Origin: Promethearchaeota archaeon
GTDB taxonomy: Archaea > Asgardarchaeota > Hermodarchaeia > Hermodarchaeales > Hermodarchaeaceae
Assembly: GCA_048939625.1 (NCBI GenBank)
Contig: JBHLPH010000015.1
Coordinates: forward strand, 1 to 49,171
Direction: 5' to 3'
DNA length: 49,171 bases
Of the stretch, positions 20,342-31,259 are shown in pieces (the first letter of the stretch is position 1; each line of letters opens with the position of its first letter). Under the pieces are notes generated by a model, which was given only the letters and a program-made list of their open reading frames with translations, was not told the DNA's origin and searched no databases. Position numbers and translations under genes: made by a program.

Positions 20342-21162
20342 ACAACCTGTTCCTCGTATAGTAAATTCGCAATCTCAGCGATCTGAATCGGTGTCAGTGC
20401 TTCAACTCGTTGATCAATCCATGGAATTTTATGCTCTATTTGTTGGAACCTGGTTTTACCCAAGAATGCTTTCAGAGGGGTTCGTATCTTTTTTCTTCGT
20501 TGGTTGAAGAGCGCAGTTACTACTTGTTGAAATAGGGCTAGCTCCTTCACTTCAAAGGCTGGTTCCACATTTCGTGTTATGCGAACCAATGCCGAAGAGA
20601 CTGTTGGAGGCGGATAGAAGGCATCTGGTGGGATTACCTCTAGGAGCTCTATCTTTGAATAATACGCCGCCATTACTGTTAGGCGTCCATACTGCTTCAA
20701 TCCAGGCTTGGCAGATAATCGGTCTCCAAATTCCTTTTGAAGCATTACAACAGCCAAAGGAATGTTAGTAGTAAATAGTTTGAACAGAATGGGTGATGAA
20801 ATCGCGTATGGAAGGTTCGCAATGAGTTTGTCACAAGGAGGCCACTCGATATTTGTTGCATCGCCAAGAATGAGTTGAATTCGTGTGTTTGCTTCGAATT
20901 CGTCAGCCAATATTTGGTAGAACTTTATGTCTTTCTCTATGGTATTTACAAGTTGGACATGTTCTGCTAACTCGCGGGTCAAAATGCCATTTCCAGTTCC
21001 AATTTCGAGGACCTGTTCATCCTTTCTAAGATGCGAGTATTCAATGATATGCATTAGTACAGTATCATCTACGAGAAAATGCTGCCCCAATTGTTTAGAT
21101 AAACGGATGTTATTTAGTTTGAGCCAATGCTTGGTCCGGGTGAGAAGAGTCCCCGGGGTCAT
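20338..21162 (-). CDS. rsmA: 16S rRNA dimethyladenosine transferase KsgA/Dim1
   Basis: LGQHFL, EIGTGNG, ANLPYAIS, YGRLTV, FNQRRK. Confidence 0.96.
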   Translation of the reverse strand: MTPGTLLTRTKHWLKLNNIRLSKQLGQHFLVDDTVLMHIIEYSHLRKDEQVLEIGTGNGILTRELAEHVQLVNTIEKDIKFYQILADEFEANTRIQLILGDATNIEWPPCDKLIANLPYAISSPILFKLFTTNIPLAVVMLQKEFGDRLSAKPGLKQYGRLTVMAAYYSKIELLEVIPPDAFYPPPTVSSALVRITRNVEPAFEVKELALFQQVVTALFNQRRKKIRTPLKAFLGKTRFQQIEHKIPWIDQRVEALTPIQIAEIANLLYEEQVV

Positions 21163-21176
21163 TTTAGTAGCTCCCT

Positions 21177-21776
21177 TTAATCGCGGTTTTGTTCTTTCTC
21201 AGCAACAGGCTTGCGAGTGAAAAGATTGTATTTATCTTCTCCACCTAATTCCATAAGAATTCGTTTCATAATAATCTCTTTTGGAGCTCGAATTTGTGTG
21301 CGCTCCGCTATGTCCTGAAAACTAGTAAAGGGGGCTTTCCGACGTTCTTCAAGGATGTCCCACATAAGTTTCTTTCCAATTCCTGGAAGTAATTCAAGGC
21401 TATGCATCCTTGTTGTGAGTGGTCGAGCATTATTGAAAAAGTCTACAAAGCGCTGCTCTGATTTTTCTACTAATTTTTCAATCACAAAGGGTAATTCACT
21501 TCGAGCTGTAGCCGTAAGAACATCAAAGGTTATCCGGCGTTTGACATGATCAATTTTTTCTCTACGGTCACGTCCAATGAAGATGGATTCTTGCGGATTA
21601 AATCGTGCTCCCTTTCTTGGGACCAATTCTAGAAGCGTGAAGTAAGTGTCCCCAACGGCTTGAACGATGGGATCTTTTTTGAAAATTGGTCGGGTGTCCT
21701 CAGGGTACCCACGTGGCAAATGGTCTAGAACATATGCATATTCTTCAAACTTCTTCGTGGGTGGACGTGCTGTCAT
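21177..21776 (-). CDS. DUF655 family nucleic-acid-binding protein
   Basis: EEYAYVLD, FTLLEL, RMHSLELLPGIGKK HhH; conserved rpoF-DUF655-ksgA order. Confidence 0.92.
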   Translation of the reverse strand: MTARPPTKKFEEYAYVLDHLPRGYPEDTRPIFKKDPIVQAVGDTYFTLLELVPRKGARFNPQESIFIGRDRREKIDHVKRRITFDVLTATARSELPFVIEKLVEKSEQRFVDFFNNARPLTTRMHSLELLPGIGKKLMWDILEERRKAPFTSFQDIAERTQIRAPKEIIMKRILMELGGEDKYNLFTRKPVAEKEQNRD

Positions 21777-21847
21777 TTTCTGCCCTCATAAAAGTAATGT
21801 AAAGAAGGTGCCGCAGGTTTATCTCTTTTCCCGTTTGCCGCACGGTA

Positions 21848-22207
21848 TTATTTCTTTTTCTTTGCTGCCTCCTTCTTCACCGACGATACAATCAGCTCCA
21901 GAATATCGGATACTTCATCAGGAGTATATGTCCGAGGCGCTCTCGCAAGAAAAGATGCAAGCTCGTCGGCAGTTGTGGGGTTGATGTCAACAAGTTGGAT
22001 GGCAAGGGTTTCTTCCATTTCGTATTTTTTCACCAGGGTTTTCACTAGCGATTTTGCAGTACGAGCTGATAAGGATGAAAATTTGACAGTATGATCTAAG
22101 GTTACACGTTGAATGTAACTAAGCTCGGCTTTCTTGCCACGTTTCGCAAGGATCGTTTTTACCTCGGCTAGAGTAAGTGGCTGTGATTCGATGATTTCCT
22201 TTGACAT
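21848..22207 (-). CDS. rpoF: RNA polymerase subunit Rpo4 (F)
   Basis: LTLAEVK, ELSYIQRVTLDH, QLVDINPTTADEL HRDC-like. Confidence 0.92.
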   Translation of the reverse strand: MSKEIIESQPLTLAEVKTILAKRGKKAELSYIQRVTLDHTVKFSSLSARTAKSLVKTLVKKYEMEETLAIQLVDINPTTADELASFLARAPRTYTPDEVSDILELIVSSVKKEAAKKKK

Positions 22208-22220
22208 GAAACTTCCTCAC

Positions 22221-22526
22221 CTATTTTGATTGACTCCCACTTGGTCGGAGATGTTCGGGGCGAACAACGAGAAGAATGGTCTTCTTCCCCAAGGTAGTTT
22301 CTACCTCATAGGCTTTACCACGCCGACCTTGTATTTTTCCAACACGACCATGATATCGTTTATGGGGTTGACCACCATGGATTGCAGGGTCAATAATAAT
22401 GTCGACGAGATCTCCTTCATTGTAAGTGTGTAACAACTTACCTAGACTAGGCATGCCACGTTGGCGAACTTTCTTGGTCATCATTTTACGGCTACCCACA
22501 CGGTATCCGTGAGATCGTTTTACCAT
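22221..22526 (-). CDS. rpl21e: 50S ribosomal protein eL21
   Basis: SHGYR, GQPHKRYHGRVG, VRPEHL. Confidence 0.97.
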   Translation of the reverse strand: MVKRSHGYRVGSRKMMTKKVRQRGMPSLGKLLHTYNEGDLVDIIIDPAIHGGQPHKRYHGRVGKIQGRRGKAYEVETTLGKKTILLVVRPEHLRPSGSQSK

Positions 22527-23875
22527 GGTAGTTTATCCTCCTGGATTATGACATCAATCACATCCAGCTGTGTACACTCGGCTGGTGTGCCCAAGATTTC
22601 GGCGATACTTGGTACAGTGCGTCCCTCATCGCCCGATATAAATTCTTTGACATAGAGACCGCCTTGACAGTGGATGGTTAATTCAAAGGTTTTTGGGCTA
22701 ATGGGGCTGATTTCTAGTGTATCGACGCGTTTTTTCCTTACCCTATCAGATCGACGATGACTAACGCGCTGAGGGGTTCGTTGATCCACCTCTAGCGGGA
22801 AGGGGAGCTCCTGAAGGGTTTTCAGCGTATCTTGGGGGATAGGGGCTTCAACATTAACAAGCGCCTTATAAACCTTTTTGGATGAAGTGGCTGAACTTTT
22901 CAGCCGCTGAACAACTTCTTTATTGGCAAAGCGGAGCTTATCCACCTTCACTTTACCTTCAGCTGATTGGTTTATGTGCGGCTCAACCTGTTTTAAGGGT
23001 ATAGATCGGTTTTTGGGATTAAGCACTTCAATTACAAAGGGTCGACCGGGACCCAACATCAAAGCGTCGATATCTTCTCGACCTGCTCCATGAAACTTCA
23101 CATCTGTTCCTTGCGTGAATTGGAGTAGACTAGGAGCAATGAGCTCTTCCACTGATTCTGCGTACATTTTTCCTGTCTCATTACATCGGGGACAACCTTT
23201 TCCTCGACATTCACGGCAGGGCCAACGAGTCTGTGGAATACCCCGTACCAGTTTCTGATAACGACCGTAGACAAATAAAGAGTGAACCTCGAGCTCAACA
23301 TCAAATTCGGGAATACGGGTTAAGGCCACAATATCTGGGGCGTCGAAGCTTACATCAAGGTTGAGTTTTGCTGTGACTAGTTTTCCGATTTCTCGATTCA
23401 GTTCAGCCTTAATTGGTTCACCGGTATCAATTTCTAGTTCACTCCGCAATTGCTCTTCGGCTTCGATTATGGTTGGACTCACCTTAGTACCGATTAGTAT
23501 CGAGCTCAATTCCCACCCACGAAGGGCACGAAGGACGGCTCTAGCCGCCTTGGGGATTTGATCCATCACCCCACCGCAAATATCACAGGGTTGAATTGCT
23601 TGTAGATCAGTAATTCCTTCTTTTGCAAGGAATTCTCTAGCTGGGAGAAATTGTCCATTTTCTGCTAGACGCCTGAGAAGCATAATACCGCGTTTAGGTT
23701 TTCGTTGATAGGTTTCTGTTGCGACCATCAAAAGGACAGTTTTCAAAGCGATTCCGCGGTCTTTATTTGTAAGGCCATATCCTTGCATGGCAAATTGTCT
23801 ACCCAAACACCAATCATCGATGGTGTAACTACGAAGAATCTTTTGCGCCTTTTTTGCCATGTTTCCCAGAGTCAT
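22520..23875 (-). CDS. pus10: tRNA pseudouridine(54/55) synthase Pus10
   Basis: GRYQKLVRGIPQTRWPC, FHGAGREDIDA, QRTPQRV, GGLYVKEFISGD. Confidence 0.96.
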   Translation of the reverse strand: MTLGNMAKKAQKILRSYTIDDWCLGRQFAMQGYGLTNKDRGIALKTVLLMVATETYQRKPKRGIMLLRRLAENGQFLPAREFLAKEGITDLQAIQPCDICGGVMDQIPKAARAVLRALRGWELSSILIGTKVSPTIIEAEEQLRSELEIDTGEPIKAELNREIGKLVTAKLNLDVSFDAPDIVALTRIPEFDVELEVHSLFVYGRYQKLVRGIPQTRWPCRECRGKGCPRCNETGKMYAESVEELIAPSLLQFTQGTDVKFHGAGREDIDALMLGPGRPFVIEVLNPKNRSIPLKQVEPHINQSAEGKVKVDKLRFANKEVVQRLKSSATSSKKVYKALVNVEAPIPQDTLKTLQELPFPLEVDQRTPQRVSHRRSDRVRKKRVDTLEISPISPKTFELTIHCQGGLYVKEFISGDEGRTVPSIAEILGTPAECTQLDVIDVIIQEDKLPW

Positions 23876-23923
23876 TAATCCAACGTCACTGATGCCACTT
23901 TTTCAGTCTTTCTGCATCACGAT

Positions 23924-24487
23924 TTACAAAGCATCTAAGGCATGAACAACCTCGAGGATGGCAACATCACGCGGTATCTGACCAGAATATGACAACAATG
24001 ATTCAGCCTGAAAACTCGAAGAGTCCCAGTCATCAAAGAGAGGACAATACATGGCTATCTTCGATAACTTGGCTTGCTCCTCTTTCCAAGTTTCAATCTG
24101 ATTAGGAATCAAGAGGCTTGTTTTTGATTCAAGGAACGTTGTAATCATATCTTCTATTGGTTCTTCAGAAATGGACACACCATATGGGACCTTTGCTTTT
24201 CTTTGTCGTTGGGATATCTGTGCGCGGAGGATGATATGTAAAATGGATCGTTCATCAGTGCCCATGTAGCGAATCGTGGTAGGATCCAATGTTAGGGAAT
24301 ACGGTCCAAGGGCGTCAAATCCGATGGTTAAGCAAACCCATTCACGGAGAGCATGCGACACGCAGAAACCAGCACGAATACAATGTGCAATTATAACATA
24401 GGGTTGACTAACAATTCCAATATCTAACTCGGTTTTTGTCAGTTCATTTGTGGCAGGCGAATCGAGTAAAATATGTAGGCGGGGCAA
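23924..24487 (-). CDS. Divergent TrmY-like SPOUT-fold protein
   Basis: CIRAGFCVSHALREWV and IRYMGTDERSI resemble TrmY motifs; directly upstream of pus10; C-terminal SAM-knot motifs poorly conserved. Confidence 0.6.
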   Translation of the reverse strand: MPRLHILLDSPATNELTKTELDIGIVSQPYVIIAHCIRAGFCVSHALREWVCLTIGFDALGPYSLTLDPTTIRYMGTDERSILHIILRAQISQRQRKAKVPYGVSISEEPIEDMITTFLESKTSLLIPNQIETWKEEQAKLSKIAMYCPLFDDWDSSSFQAESLLSYSGQIPRDVAILEVVHALDAL

Positions 24488-25849
24488 CTAGCGACCGCCT
24501 CGAGGGAGTTTTTGACCACCCATCATACCTTCCATTCCTGGAATCCGAAGACCACCTCGCCGTTTTCTGATGCTTTTGATGAATTTCCGTGATTGCTGGT
24601 ACTGCTTTAATAAATCTTTAACATCCTTGGGTTGGGTTCCTGAACCTCGGGCGATTCGAGCTGTGCGTGAGCTCTTAATTAGCTTGGGATTTTCCAGCTC
24701 TTCTTCGGTCATAGATTTCATGATTACCTTCCATTTCTCTAAATTCTCTGTCGCAACCTCTTTCATCTCGTCTGGCACTTTGTACCCTAGACCGAGCATA
24801 CTTAGGATTTTCCCAATCGATCCCACATTACCCATTGCTTCCATCTGGGCCATCATATCTTTGAGGGTAAATTTCCCTGAGAGAAGCGCTTTCGCTAAGT
24901 CCTTGTCAGGCATGGCTTCGGCATCTTGTACTCGCTTCAGAAGGGCTTCAAAATCAGCCATGCCCAAAAGTTGACCCACAAACTTCTTAGGCTCAAACTT
25001 CTCGATGTCGTTGATTTTTTCACCAGTTCCGATGTATTTGATGGGTGCCCCCGTGGCTGCGACAGCCGAGAGTGCACCACCTCCTCGAGCAGAACCATCA
25101 AGTTTTGTTACAATAATCGATCCAATCGGTGTTGCAGCGTTGAAGGCTTCAGCTTGAGTGGACGCTTGCTGACCCAAGGTTCCATCTACAACGAGGATGA
25201 TTTCAGTAGGCTTGAGAGTCTTGGCAATCTCTTTCATTTCCTTGATGAGGCCCTTTTCTTCTTTATGGCGTCCGGCGGTATCGACTAGGATGATTTGTGT
25301 CTTTTGTGATTGGTAATGTTTTACGCCTTTTTTCGCAATTTTGATTGAATCCTTTTCTTTCGGATCTCCAAAACATGGAACATCTGCACGTTCGGCAAGT
25401 TGCATTAATTGATCATATGCCCCGGGACGGTAGGTGTCTGCTGCAACCACTCCGACACTATTTCCTTCCTTTTTGAGCAGCTTTGCTAATTTGACAATGT
25501 TGGTGGTTTTCCCGCTTCCTTGAATTCCTACAACTAGATAGATATTGGATTGATTGGACTGCAGGGTAAGGGGAACTGCTTTTTGTCCAAGAATGTCAGT
25601 CAGTTCCTCATAGACAACTTTGACGACGTATTCGCGACGGGAAATTCCGGGAGCGACTTCGTCCTTTAAGGCGCGTTGTTCAATCCGTTTGGTTAAATCC
25701 ATCACAAGGTGAACATTCACATCAGCCTGGAGAAGTGCTCGTTGCAGATCCTTCACTAGCTCTTTCACGGACTTTTCATCGATAGTAGATGAGCGGAGTA
25801 ACTTCTGAACTGCTTGGTGAAGTGATGAACCTAACTTTCCAAGGACCAT
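24488..25849 (-). CDS. srp54: Signal recognition particle protein SRP54
   Basis: [27 protein letters not shown] domain RIARGSG. Confidence 0.98.
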   Translation of the reverse strand: MVLGKLGSSLHQAVQKLLRSSTIDEKSVKELVKDLQRALLQADVNVHLVMDLTKRIEQRALKDEVAPGISRREYVVKVVYEELTDILGQKAVPLTLQSNQSNIYLVVGIQGSGKTTNIVKLAKLLKKEGNSVGVVAADTYRPGAYDQLMQLAERADVPCFGDPKEKDSIKIAKKGVKHYQSQKTQIILVDTAGRHKEEKGLIKEMKEIAKTLKPTEIILVVDGTLGQQASTQAEAFNAATPIGSIIVTKLDGSARGGGALSAVAATGAPIKYIGTGEKINDIEKFEPKKFVGQLLGMADFEALLKRVQDAEAMPDKDLAKALLSGKFTLKDMMAQMEAMGNVGSIGKILSMLGLGYKVPDEMKEVATENLEKWKVIMKSMTEEELENPKLIKSSRTARIARGSGTQPKDVKDLLKQYQQSRKFIKSIRKRRGGLRIPGMEGMMGGQKLPRGGR

Positions 25850-25910
25850 TTTACTTGCCTACTGTAAACGAATACTGGACGGATAACTCAAAACGCTATC
25901 TTAATTCTTT

Positions 25911-26852
25911 CTAATTAGATTCCATAGTCTCTAAAACGGCACCAATTATGAGTGGGAAGAGGATGGTTGCATCACCTATCACATTTTCAAAATTGGCATC
26001 AGCTTTCACCTTCCCCCATGATATTCCCTCTTGGAGCTTTGCGCCACTTAGACTTCCGTCTTCGTCACGTGCCATGGTTATTTGGATAGCACTATCAAGT
26101 CCACCGCGTAGAATATTAGCGCCCAAGGTGAAATGTTTGGGAAGGCCTCCACCAAGGATTATAGCCCCTATGCGTTTCGCGTCATGGACTACTTCATAAA
26201 GAATTTCCATATCCTTAAGCCCGTTTAATTTCATGGGGTGGAGCTGACTAAAAAGCGCGATATGTAAGCCCAACATTGAATCCAACACACCAGGACAAAA
26301 AATTGGTACTTTTTGAAGATATGCCTGGTGAACAATGGAATCCTTATCTTTCACATGTTGCCCAATAATGCTAATCAGCTCCGATGGAGATAAGCCTTCG
26401 GTGCGTCGAGCTTCGGGAACCTGACTTAAAATCGAGCGAATTGTGTCTTCAAATTTCATGAAACCATCAGTTTCAACATACACGTCACCAGCTCGACCCA
26501 ATTGCTGTTCAGCGAGTTCGCGATCATCAGCCTGTAAGGACCCTCGAACATGGTGACCGCCAATCGCCTCAAGCACATCGTGAACTACATTCGCTCCACT
26601 GGTTACGATAGCATGAATCCGCTTCGTCTTCACTAAGGATGAAATAATGTCCCGCAAACCTCCAGGAACCATGGGTCCAGCTAGAGCTAGGAAGACACGA
26701 TAGTCAGGATTTTCGAAGATATTCCTAACAATTTGCGTCGCCCGAGCGACACGTCCTGCACCCAAGACACCTGCCCGCTGATACTGGGCAACCAATTCAC
26801 TAAGGGACATACCTTTAGTGATTTTCATTTGCTTTACGTATCGACGAGACAT
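25911..26852 (-). CDS. dys: Deoxyhypusine synthase
   Basis: TSGANVVHD, GGGLPKH, DGSLSGA, EGISWGK, GDAT; start at ATG 26852; adjacent to eIF5A. Confidence 0.94.
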   Translation of the reverse strand: MSRRYVKQMKITKGMSLSELVAQYQRAGVLGAGRVARATQIVRNIFENPDYRVFLALAGPMVPGGLRDIISSLVKTKRIHAIVTSGANVVHDVLEAIGGHHVRGSLQADDRELAEQQLGRAGDVYVETDGFMKFEDTIRSILSQVPEARRTEGLSPSELISIIGQHVKDKDSIVHQAYLQKVPIFCPGVLDSMLGLHIALFSQLHPMKLNGLKDMEILYEVVHDAKRIGAIILGGGLPKHFTLGANILRGGLDSAIQITMARDEDGSLSGAKLQEGISWGKVKADANFENVIGDATILFPLIIGAVLETMESN

Positions 26853-26884
26853 TGTGGAAGAACCGAGTTGTTCGATATGTATGG

Positions 26885-27289
26885 CTAGCGTCGGCGAATG
26901 AGTTTTTTCCGGCCCATAACAATCCAATATTCAACTTGGATGCCTTGTTCAATTTTGCCCTCAAAGTCGTCGTCACTCGGCATGGGTTCCTCGAAGCTCT
27001 CATAGCTTTCCATATCCATTAACCCTAAAACTGGTGGAGTGGCATCAGAGATGTAGTTGACTTGCGCAACCCGCTTATCAATGACAGGGGAATCGACTTT
27101 GGTGTCGGTGGGTAAAACGATACTTTTCTTAGAACCATCGAAGATGCTAACAGCCGTTATGCGGGCCTTAGCGTGACCATGTTTTCCTGATTTGCTCTTC
27201 TCAATACTCACTACTTTGTAGGCCACGTCCTCAATAATGAGGTAACGGCCAATTTTCAAGCTACCAGCTTCGATTACTTTGTGGGACAA
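26885..27289 (-). CDS. eif5a: Translation factor aIF5A/eIF5A
   Basis: SKSGKHGHAK hypusination motif; start likely TTG 27289. Confidence 0.96.
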   Translation of the reverse strand: MSHKVIEAGSLKIGRYLIIEDVAYKVVSIEKSKSGKHGHAKARITAVSIFDGSKKSIVLPTDTKVDSPVIDKRVAQVNYISDATPPVLGLMDMESYESFEEPMPSDDDFEGKIEQGIQVEYWIVMGRKKLIRRR

Positions 27290-27412
27290 CTTCAGCCACC
27301 GCCTCGATAAATTCAAGAGCTCTCTTAAACCTTTTTACTCCCTTGGAAAAAGTCCAAATACCGGAAAACAATGACCAATTTCAGTTTCAACTGTATCACT
27401 GAGGTGCAAAAG

Positions 27413-27940
27413 ATGTCAGACCAACGACCATTAATCTTTGTAATAGACACCTCAGCAATCTTTCATCAGGACCAATTTACGGCAGAAAATATCCAACTAG
27501 CGACCACATCTCTAATAGAGAAGGAAATGGATCAAAAGGGACTGAAGGATACGGTTGAGCTTCTCAAAGCCACGGACAAACTTCGCATCATTGATCCCAC
27601 TCCCAACGCGCTAAAACGGGTGAAAGAGACCGCCGCCAAATTAGGAGATCTCCAGTATCTTTCTACTCCTGATCTTCACCTTCTTGCCTTGGCTTTAGAC
27701 CTTAATGCCCAAAACCTCCACGCGGTCATCCTCTCAGACGATTATTCCATTCAAAATGTAGCACATAGCCTATCGGTAGACTTCAAATCTGCAACGACCT
27801 CTGGTATTCGTGAAGTCATTAACTGGGAAACGTATTGCAGTGCATGCGGGCACAAAGAACCTAAAGGAACACAGGAAACCATCTGCCCTGTCTGTGGAAC
27901 AGCACTCAAACGACGAGCAGTACACAAAGAACAGATATAG
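27413..27940 (+). CDS. nob1: Nob1 PIN-domain rRNA maturation endonuclease
   Basis: VIDTSA, LSTPD, SDDYSIQNVA, CSAC..CPVCG Zn ribbon. Confidence 0.92.
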   Translation: MSDQRPLIFVIDTSAIFHQDQFTAENIQLATTSLIEKEMDQKGLKDTVELLKATDKLRIIDPTPNALKRVKETAAKLGDLQYLSTPDLHLLALALDLNAQNLHAVILSDDYSIQNVAHSLSVDFKSATTSGIREVINWETYCSACGHKEPKGTQETICPVCGTALKRRAVHKEQI

Positions 27941-28024
27941 CAGAAATTGGTGTGACACTTAACAAAATTTAAGAAGCCTTTATACATCCATCTGATTCAC
28001 GTTCTTACAACGAAGGCGAAACTC

Positions 28025-28201
28025 ATGAGTGAAAGCAAATCATCATTCTGCACATGCTGTGGGGGGCTAGTAACCCCGCGAGAAAACTCAGTCCAATTTA
28101 CATGTCCCGCATGTGGTAACTATACCATTCGCCGGTGCCAAAAGTGTCGAGAATTTGCTAATACCTACACCTGCCCCGCTTGTAATTTTCAGGGTCCATA
28201 G
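28025..28201 (+). CDS. DUF1610/HVO_2753-like small zinc-finger protein
   Basis: Manual translation MSESKSSFCTCCGGLVTPRENSVQFTCPACGNYTIRRCQKCREFANTYTCPACNFQGP; four CxxC motifs; usual position before EF-1beta. Confidence 0.9.
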   Translation: MSESKSSFCTCCGGLVTPRENSVQFTCPACGNYTIRRCQKCREFANTYTCPACNFQGP

Positions 28202-28239
28202 CATGTTACCAATCAGAAATTTTTACGAGGGATGCTACT

Positions 28240-28506
28240 ATGGGAAAAGTTCTTGCAATTATGAAAATCATGCCTGAAGACGCCAATAAACCCATTGGCG
28301 AACTGCGCCAGCGAATCGATCACGAACTCCAAGATAAAGTGCATATTGAAGCTTGGGAAGAAATCCCGATTTTTGGCCCTCTCTATGCCCTACGCCTCCG
28401 ATTCATTGTTGGTGATGAGGCCGGTGGCACGGCATTCGTTGAAGAGCTAATCAATAAGGTTGATGGTGTTGGCGAAATCGAAATCGAAGCCGTCAGTCTA
28501 ATCTAA
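28240..28506 (+). CDS. ef1b: Elongation factor 1-beta
   Basis: MGKVLAIMKIMPE, EEIPIFGPLYAL, DEAGGT, DGVGEIE. Confidence 0.88.
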   Translation: MGKVLAIMKIMPEDANKPIGELRQRIDHELQDKVHIEAWEEIPIFGPLYALRLRFIVGDEAGGTAFVEELINKVDGVGEIEIEAVSLI

Positions 28507-28595
28507 CACATAAAATTTCACAAGAAAAGATGAACAGATGGCACGTATGACATTTTTTTATGTCTTTGTGTATCTGCATTAAGTGGAGAACAACA

Positions 28596-30788
28596 GTGGA
28601 AGAAGATCAGCCCCCGAAAGGAAAGACGGTTAGCCTTCGTACGAAGAAAGCCCATGAGCGAGACGCCGGTCGCTTTATAGTCCGGATTGATTCTAACACA
28701 ATGGAAAAACTTGGCGTCCAAACCGGTGATATTATCGGCATCAAAGGACGAAAGCAAACCGCTGGAATTGTCTGGCCAGCATATCCACAGGATGAAAGAC
28801 AGAGTATTATCCGAATGGACGGACGAATGCGTCGCAACGCTGGAGTAAGCCTCGAAGAACCGATTGATGTCTATCAAGTTCAAGAACGCCCCGCCTTATC
28901 CGTAGTGCTAGCTCCACTCGAAATGCGGTTCCCTGTCAAAGATTTTGATGATTTTGTAAAGCAAAAACTACTCAACTGTCCTGTTGTCAAAGATGACACT
29001 GTCCACGTATCAATACTAGGACGACCTGTTCGTTTCCTTGTTCGTCGGACACGCCCCATCGGGGTTGTGCTTATTGCCTTAAACTCGCAACTGGCAATCC
29101 AAAGTGAACCACCAAAGGAACTCGAAGTCGGTGTGCCCCTCATCACTTATGAGGAAATCGGGGGGCTATCCCATGAAATCCAACGCATCCGAGAAATGGT
29201 CGAACTTCCACTGAAACATCCAGAGCTCTTCGCGCGATTGGGAATTACTCCACCAAAAGGAGTCTTGTTATTTGGCCCACCTGGATGTGGAAAGACCTTG
29301 CTTGCGCAAGCCGTTGCTAACGAGTCTGAAGCTCATTTCATATCAATTAACGGACCCGAAATAATGAGTAAATTCTATGGTGAGTCTGAAAAACGGCTTC
29401 GGCAAATCTTCGATGAAGCGGAAAAAAATGCTCCAAGCATCATTTTCATTGACGAACTCGACGCCATTGCCCCAAAACGGGAAGAAGTCATTGGCGAAGT
29501 TGAACGACGCGTCGTCGCTCAACTCCTCGCAGTTATGGACGGATTACAAAAACGCGGACAAGTAATTGTCATCGGGGCTTCAAATCGTCCAAACGCTATC
29601 GATCCCGCCCTTCGTCGTCCAGGTCGATTTGATCGGGAAATCGAAATTCGTGTTCCAGATAAAGAAGGTCGATTACAAATTATCCATATTCATTCTCGAG
29701 GAATGCCTCTTGAATCGGTTAAACCTGAGAGTATTGCAGATATTACCCATGGCTTTGTAGGTGCGGACCTGGCTGCACTGTGCCGAGAAGCTGCCATGAA
29801 TGCTCTCCGTCGCTACCTTCCACGCATTAATCTCGAAGAAAACGAGATTCCCCCTGAAGTATTAGCAGATCTTCGCGTCACCAACGAAGATTTCGTTGAA
29901 GCCCTTCGCGAGATCCAACCCACCGCAATGCGGGAAGTGACTATTGAAGTTCCTAATGTCCATTGGTCAGATATTGGAGGTCTTGAATTAATCAAACATA
30001 AACTCCAACAAGCTGTCCAATGGCCTTTACAACACCCTGAATCCTTTTCGCGACTTGGAGTTGAGCCACCTCGTGGCGTGCTCCTTTATGGACCACCTGG
30101 GTGTGGAAAAACCATGCTTGCTCGAGCCGTCGCAACTGAAAGTGAAGCCAATTTCATCAGTATCAAAGGCCCTGAGGTCCTTAGCAAATGGGTTGGTGAA
30201 TCTGAAAAGGCGATTCGTGAAGTTTTTCGTCGTGCTCGCCATGCTGCTCCTGCTATTATCTTCTTCGACGAGATAGATGCTATTGCACCCTCTCGAGGAA
30301 CAGGCGGTGGTGATTCCCATGTCACCGAGCGGGTTATCAGTCAATTTCTTACTGAAATTGATGGGATACAATCCTTGAAAGACATCGTTGTACTCGCTGC
30401 CACTAATCGCCCCGATCTACTCGATCCTGCTATGCTCCGACCTGGACGCTTTGATCGTCACATCCTTGTATCCGCTCCTGATGCAGCTGCAAGAAAACAA
30501 ATCTTTGAAATTTACACTAAGGACATGCCCATTGCCAAAGATGTTGAGCTGGACGAATTAGTAAAAGCGGCTCAGAATTTTGCGGGTAGTGATATTGCTG
30601 CATGTTGTCGTGAAGCAGCCTTGGCTGCTCTTGAAGAAAATATGAAAACGACAAAAATCACGCGGAAGCACTTCTTGAAGGCCATTGATGAGGTAACACC
30701 AACCATTACTCCTGAAATGGAGAAAGCCTATCTTGCCTGGGGTAAACGAGCAAAACAAACCCGTCCGAGTACATCTCCGTTCACATAG
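28596..30788 (+). CDS. cdc48: Cdc48/VCP AAA+ ATPase
   Basis: N domain [12 protein letters not shown]; two GPPGCGKT Walker A motifs; FIDELD/FFDEID Walker B; RPGRFDR twice. Confidence 0.97.
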   Translation: MEEDQPPKGKTVSLRTKKAHERDAGRFIVRIDSNTMEKLGVQTGDIIGIKGRKQTAGIVWPAYPQDERQSIIRMDGRMRRNAGVSLEEPIDVYQVQERPALSVVLAPLEMRFPVKDFDDFVKQKLLNCPVVKDDTVHVSILGRPVRFLVRRTRPIGVVLIALNSQLAIQSEPPKELEVGVPLITYEEIGGLSHEIQRIREMVELPLKHPELFARLGITPPKGVLLFGPPGCGKTLLAQAVANESEAHFISINGPEIMSKFYGESEKRLRQIFDEAEKNAPSIIFIDELDAIAPKREEVIGEVERRVVAQLLAVMDGLQKRGQVIVIGASNRPNAIDPALRRPGRFDREIEIRVPDKEGRLQIIHIHSRGMPLESVKPESIADITHGFVGADLAALCREAAMNALRRYLPRINLEENEIPPEVLADLRVTNEDFVEALREIQPTAMREVTIEVPNVHWSDIGGLELIKHKLQQAVQWPLQHPESFSRLGVEPPRGVLLYGPPGCGKTMLARAVATESEANFISIKGPEVLSKWVGESEKAIREVFRRARHAAPAIIFFDEIDAIAPSRGTGGGDSHVTERVISQFLTEIDGIQSLKDIVVLAATNRPDLLDPAMLRPGRFDRHILVSAPDAAARKQIFEIYTKDMPIAKDVELDELVKAAQNFAGSDIAACCREAALAALEENMKTTKITRKHFLKAIDEVTPTITPEMEKAYLAWGKRAKQTRPSTSPFT

Positions 30789-30816
30789 ACGCTAGCAAGA
30801 TCAGACTTCTTGGCTC

Positions 30817-31083
30817 TTAATCCTCAGCAATGGCAAGATATCGCCGTTCACCAAGTAATTCGATTTTGCGTTTAGTCTTTGTAATTTGTTGAACGTGGAT
30901 TTTCCCGCTGATTTCTAATTCCATAAGTGCACGGTCTATCTCTTCTGTTGTGGCGTTCACTCGGTTCGTTTTCAATAAACGAGTAAGTTCTTTATCGATT
31001 ATGACACCTTGACGTTTCTCAAGAATAGAAAGAAGGACATTGCGCAGAGGAATTGTTCTCCAATTCACAGCATTCAACCTCAT
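30817..31083 (-). CDS. Small conserved winged-helix protein
   Basis: PLRNVLLSILE...EIDRALMELEISGKIHV wHTH pattern. Confidence 0.7.
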   Translation of the reverse strand: MRLNAVNWRTIPLRNVLLSILEKRQGVIIDKELTRLLKTNRVNATTEEIDRALMELEISGKIHVQQITKTKRKIELLGERRYLAIAED

Positions 31084-31259
31084 CTAATACAACAGAAAAT
31101 ACCCTGTTCAGGATAAAGACTCCATCTCCAAGGAAACGGTAGGTGAAGACTGACAACAGGGCGTTTTAAAGTTTCTCCTTTCTAATGAAGCGTTGAATCA
31201 ATACAACTTTAAGATACTTAATGTGAAAACCTACCCAAGAGCAAAGGCGGAGTCCTTCA

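Noticed and set aside
31102-31161. CCCTGTT...AACAGGG inverted repeat with CTGA, possible C/D box sRNA or riboswitch
   Set aside because: No convincing RTGATGA box C or full riboswitch consensus; it lies in a divergent promoter region. An Rfam search would be needed.
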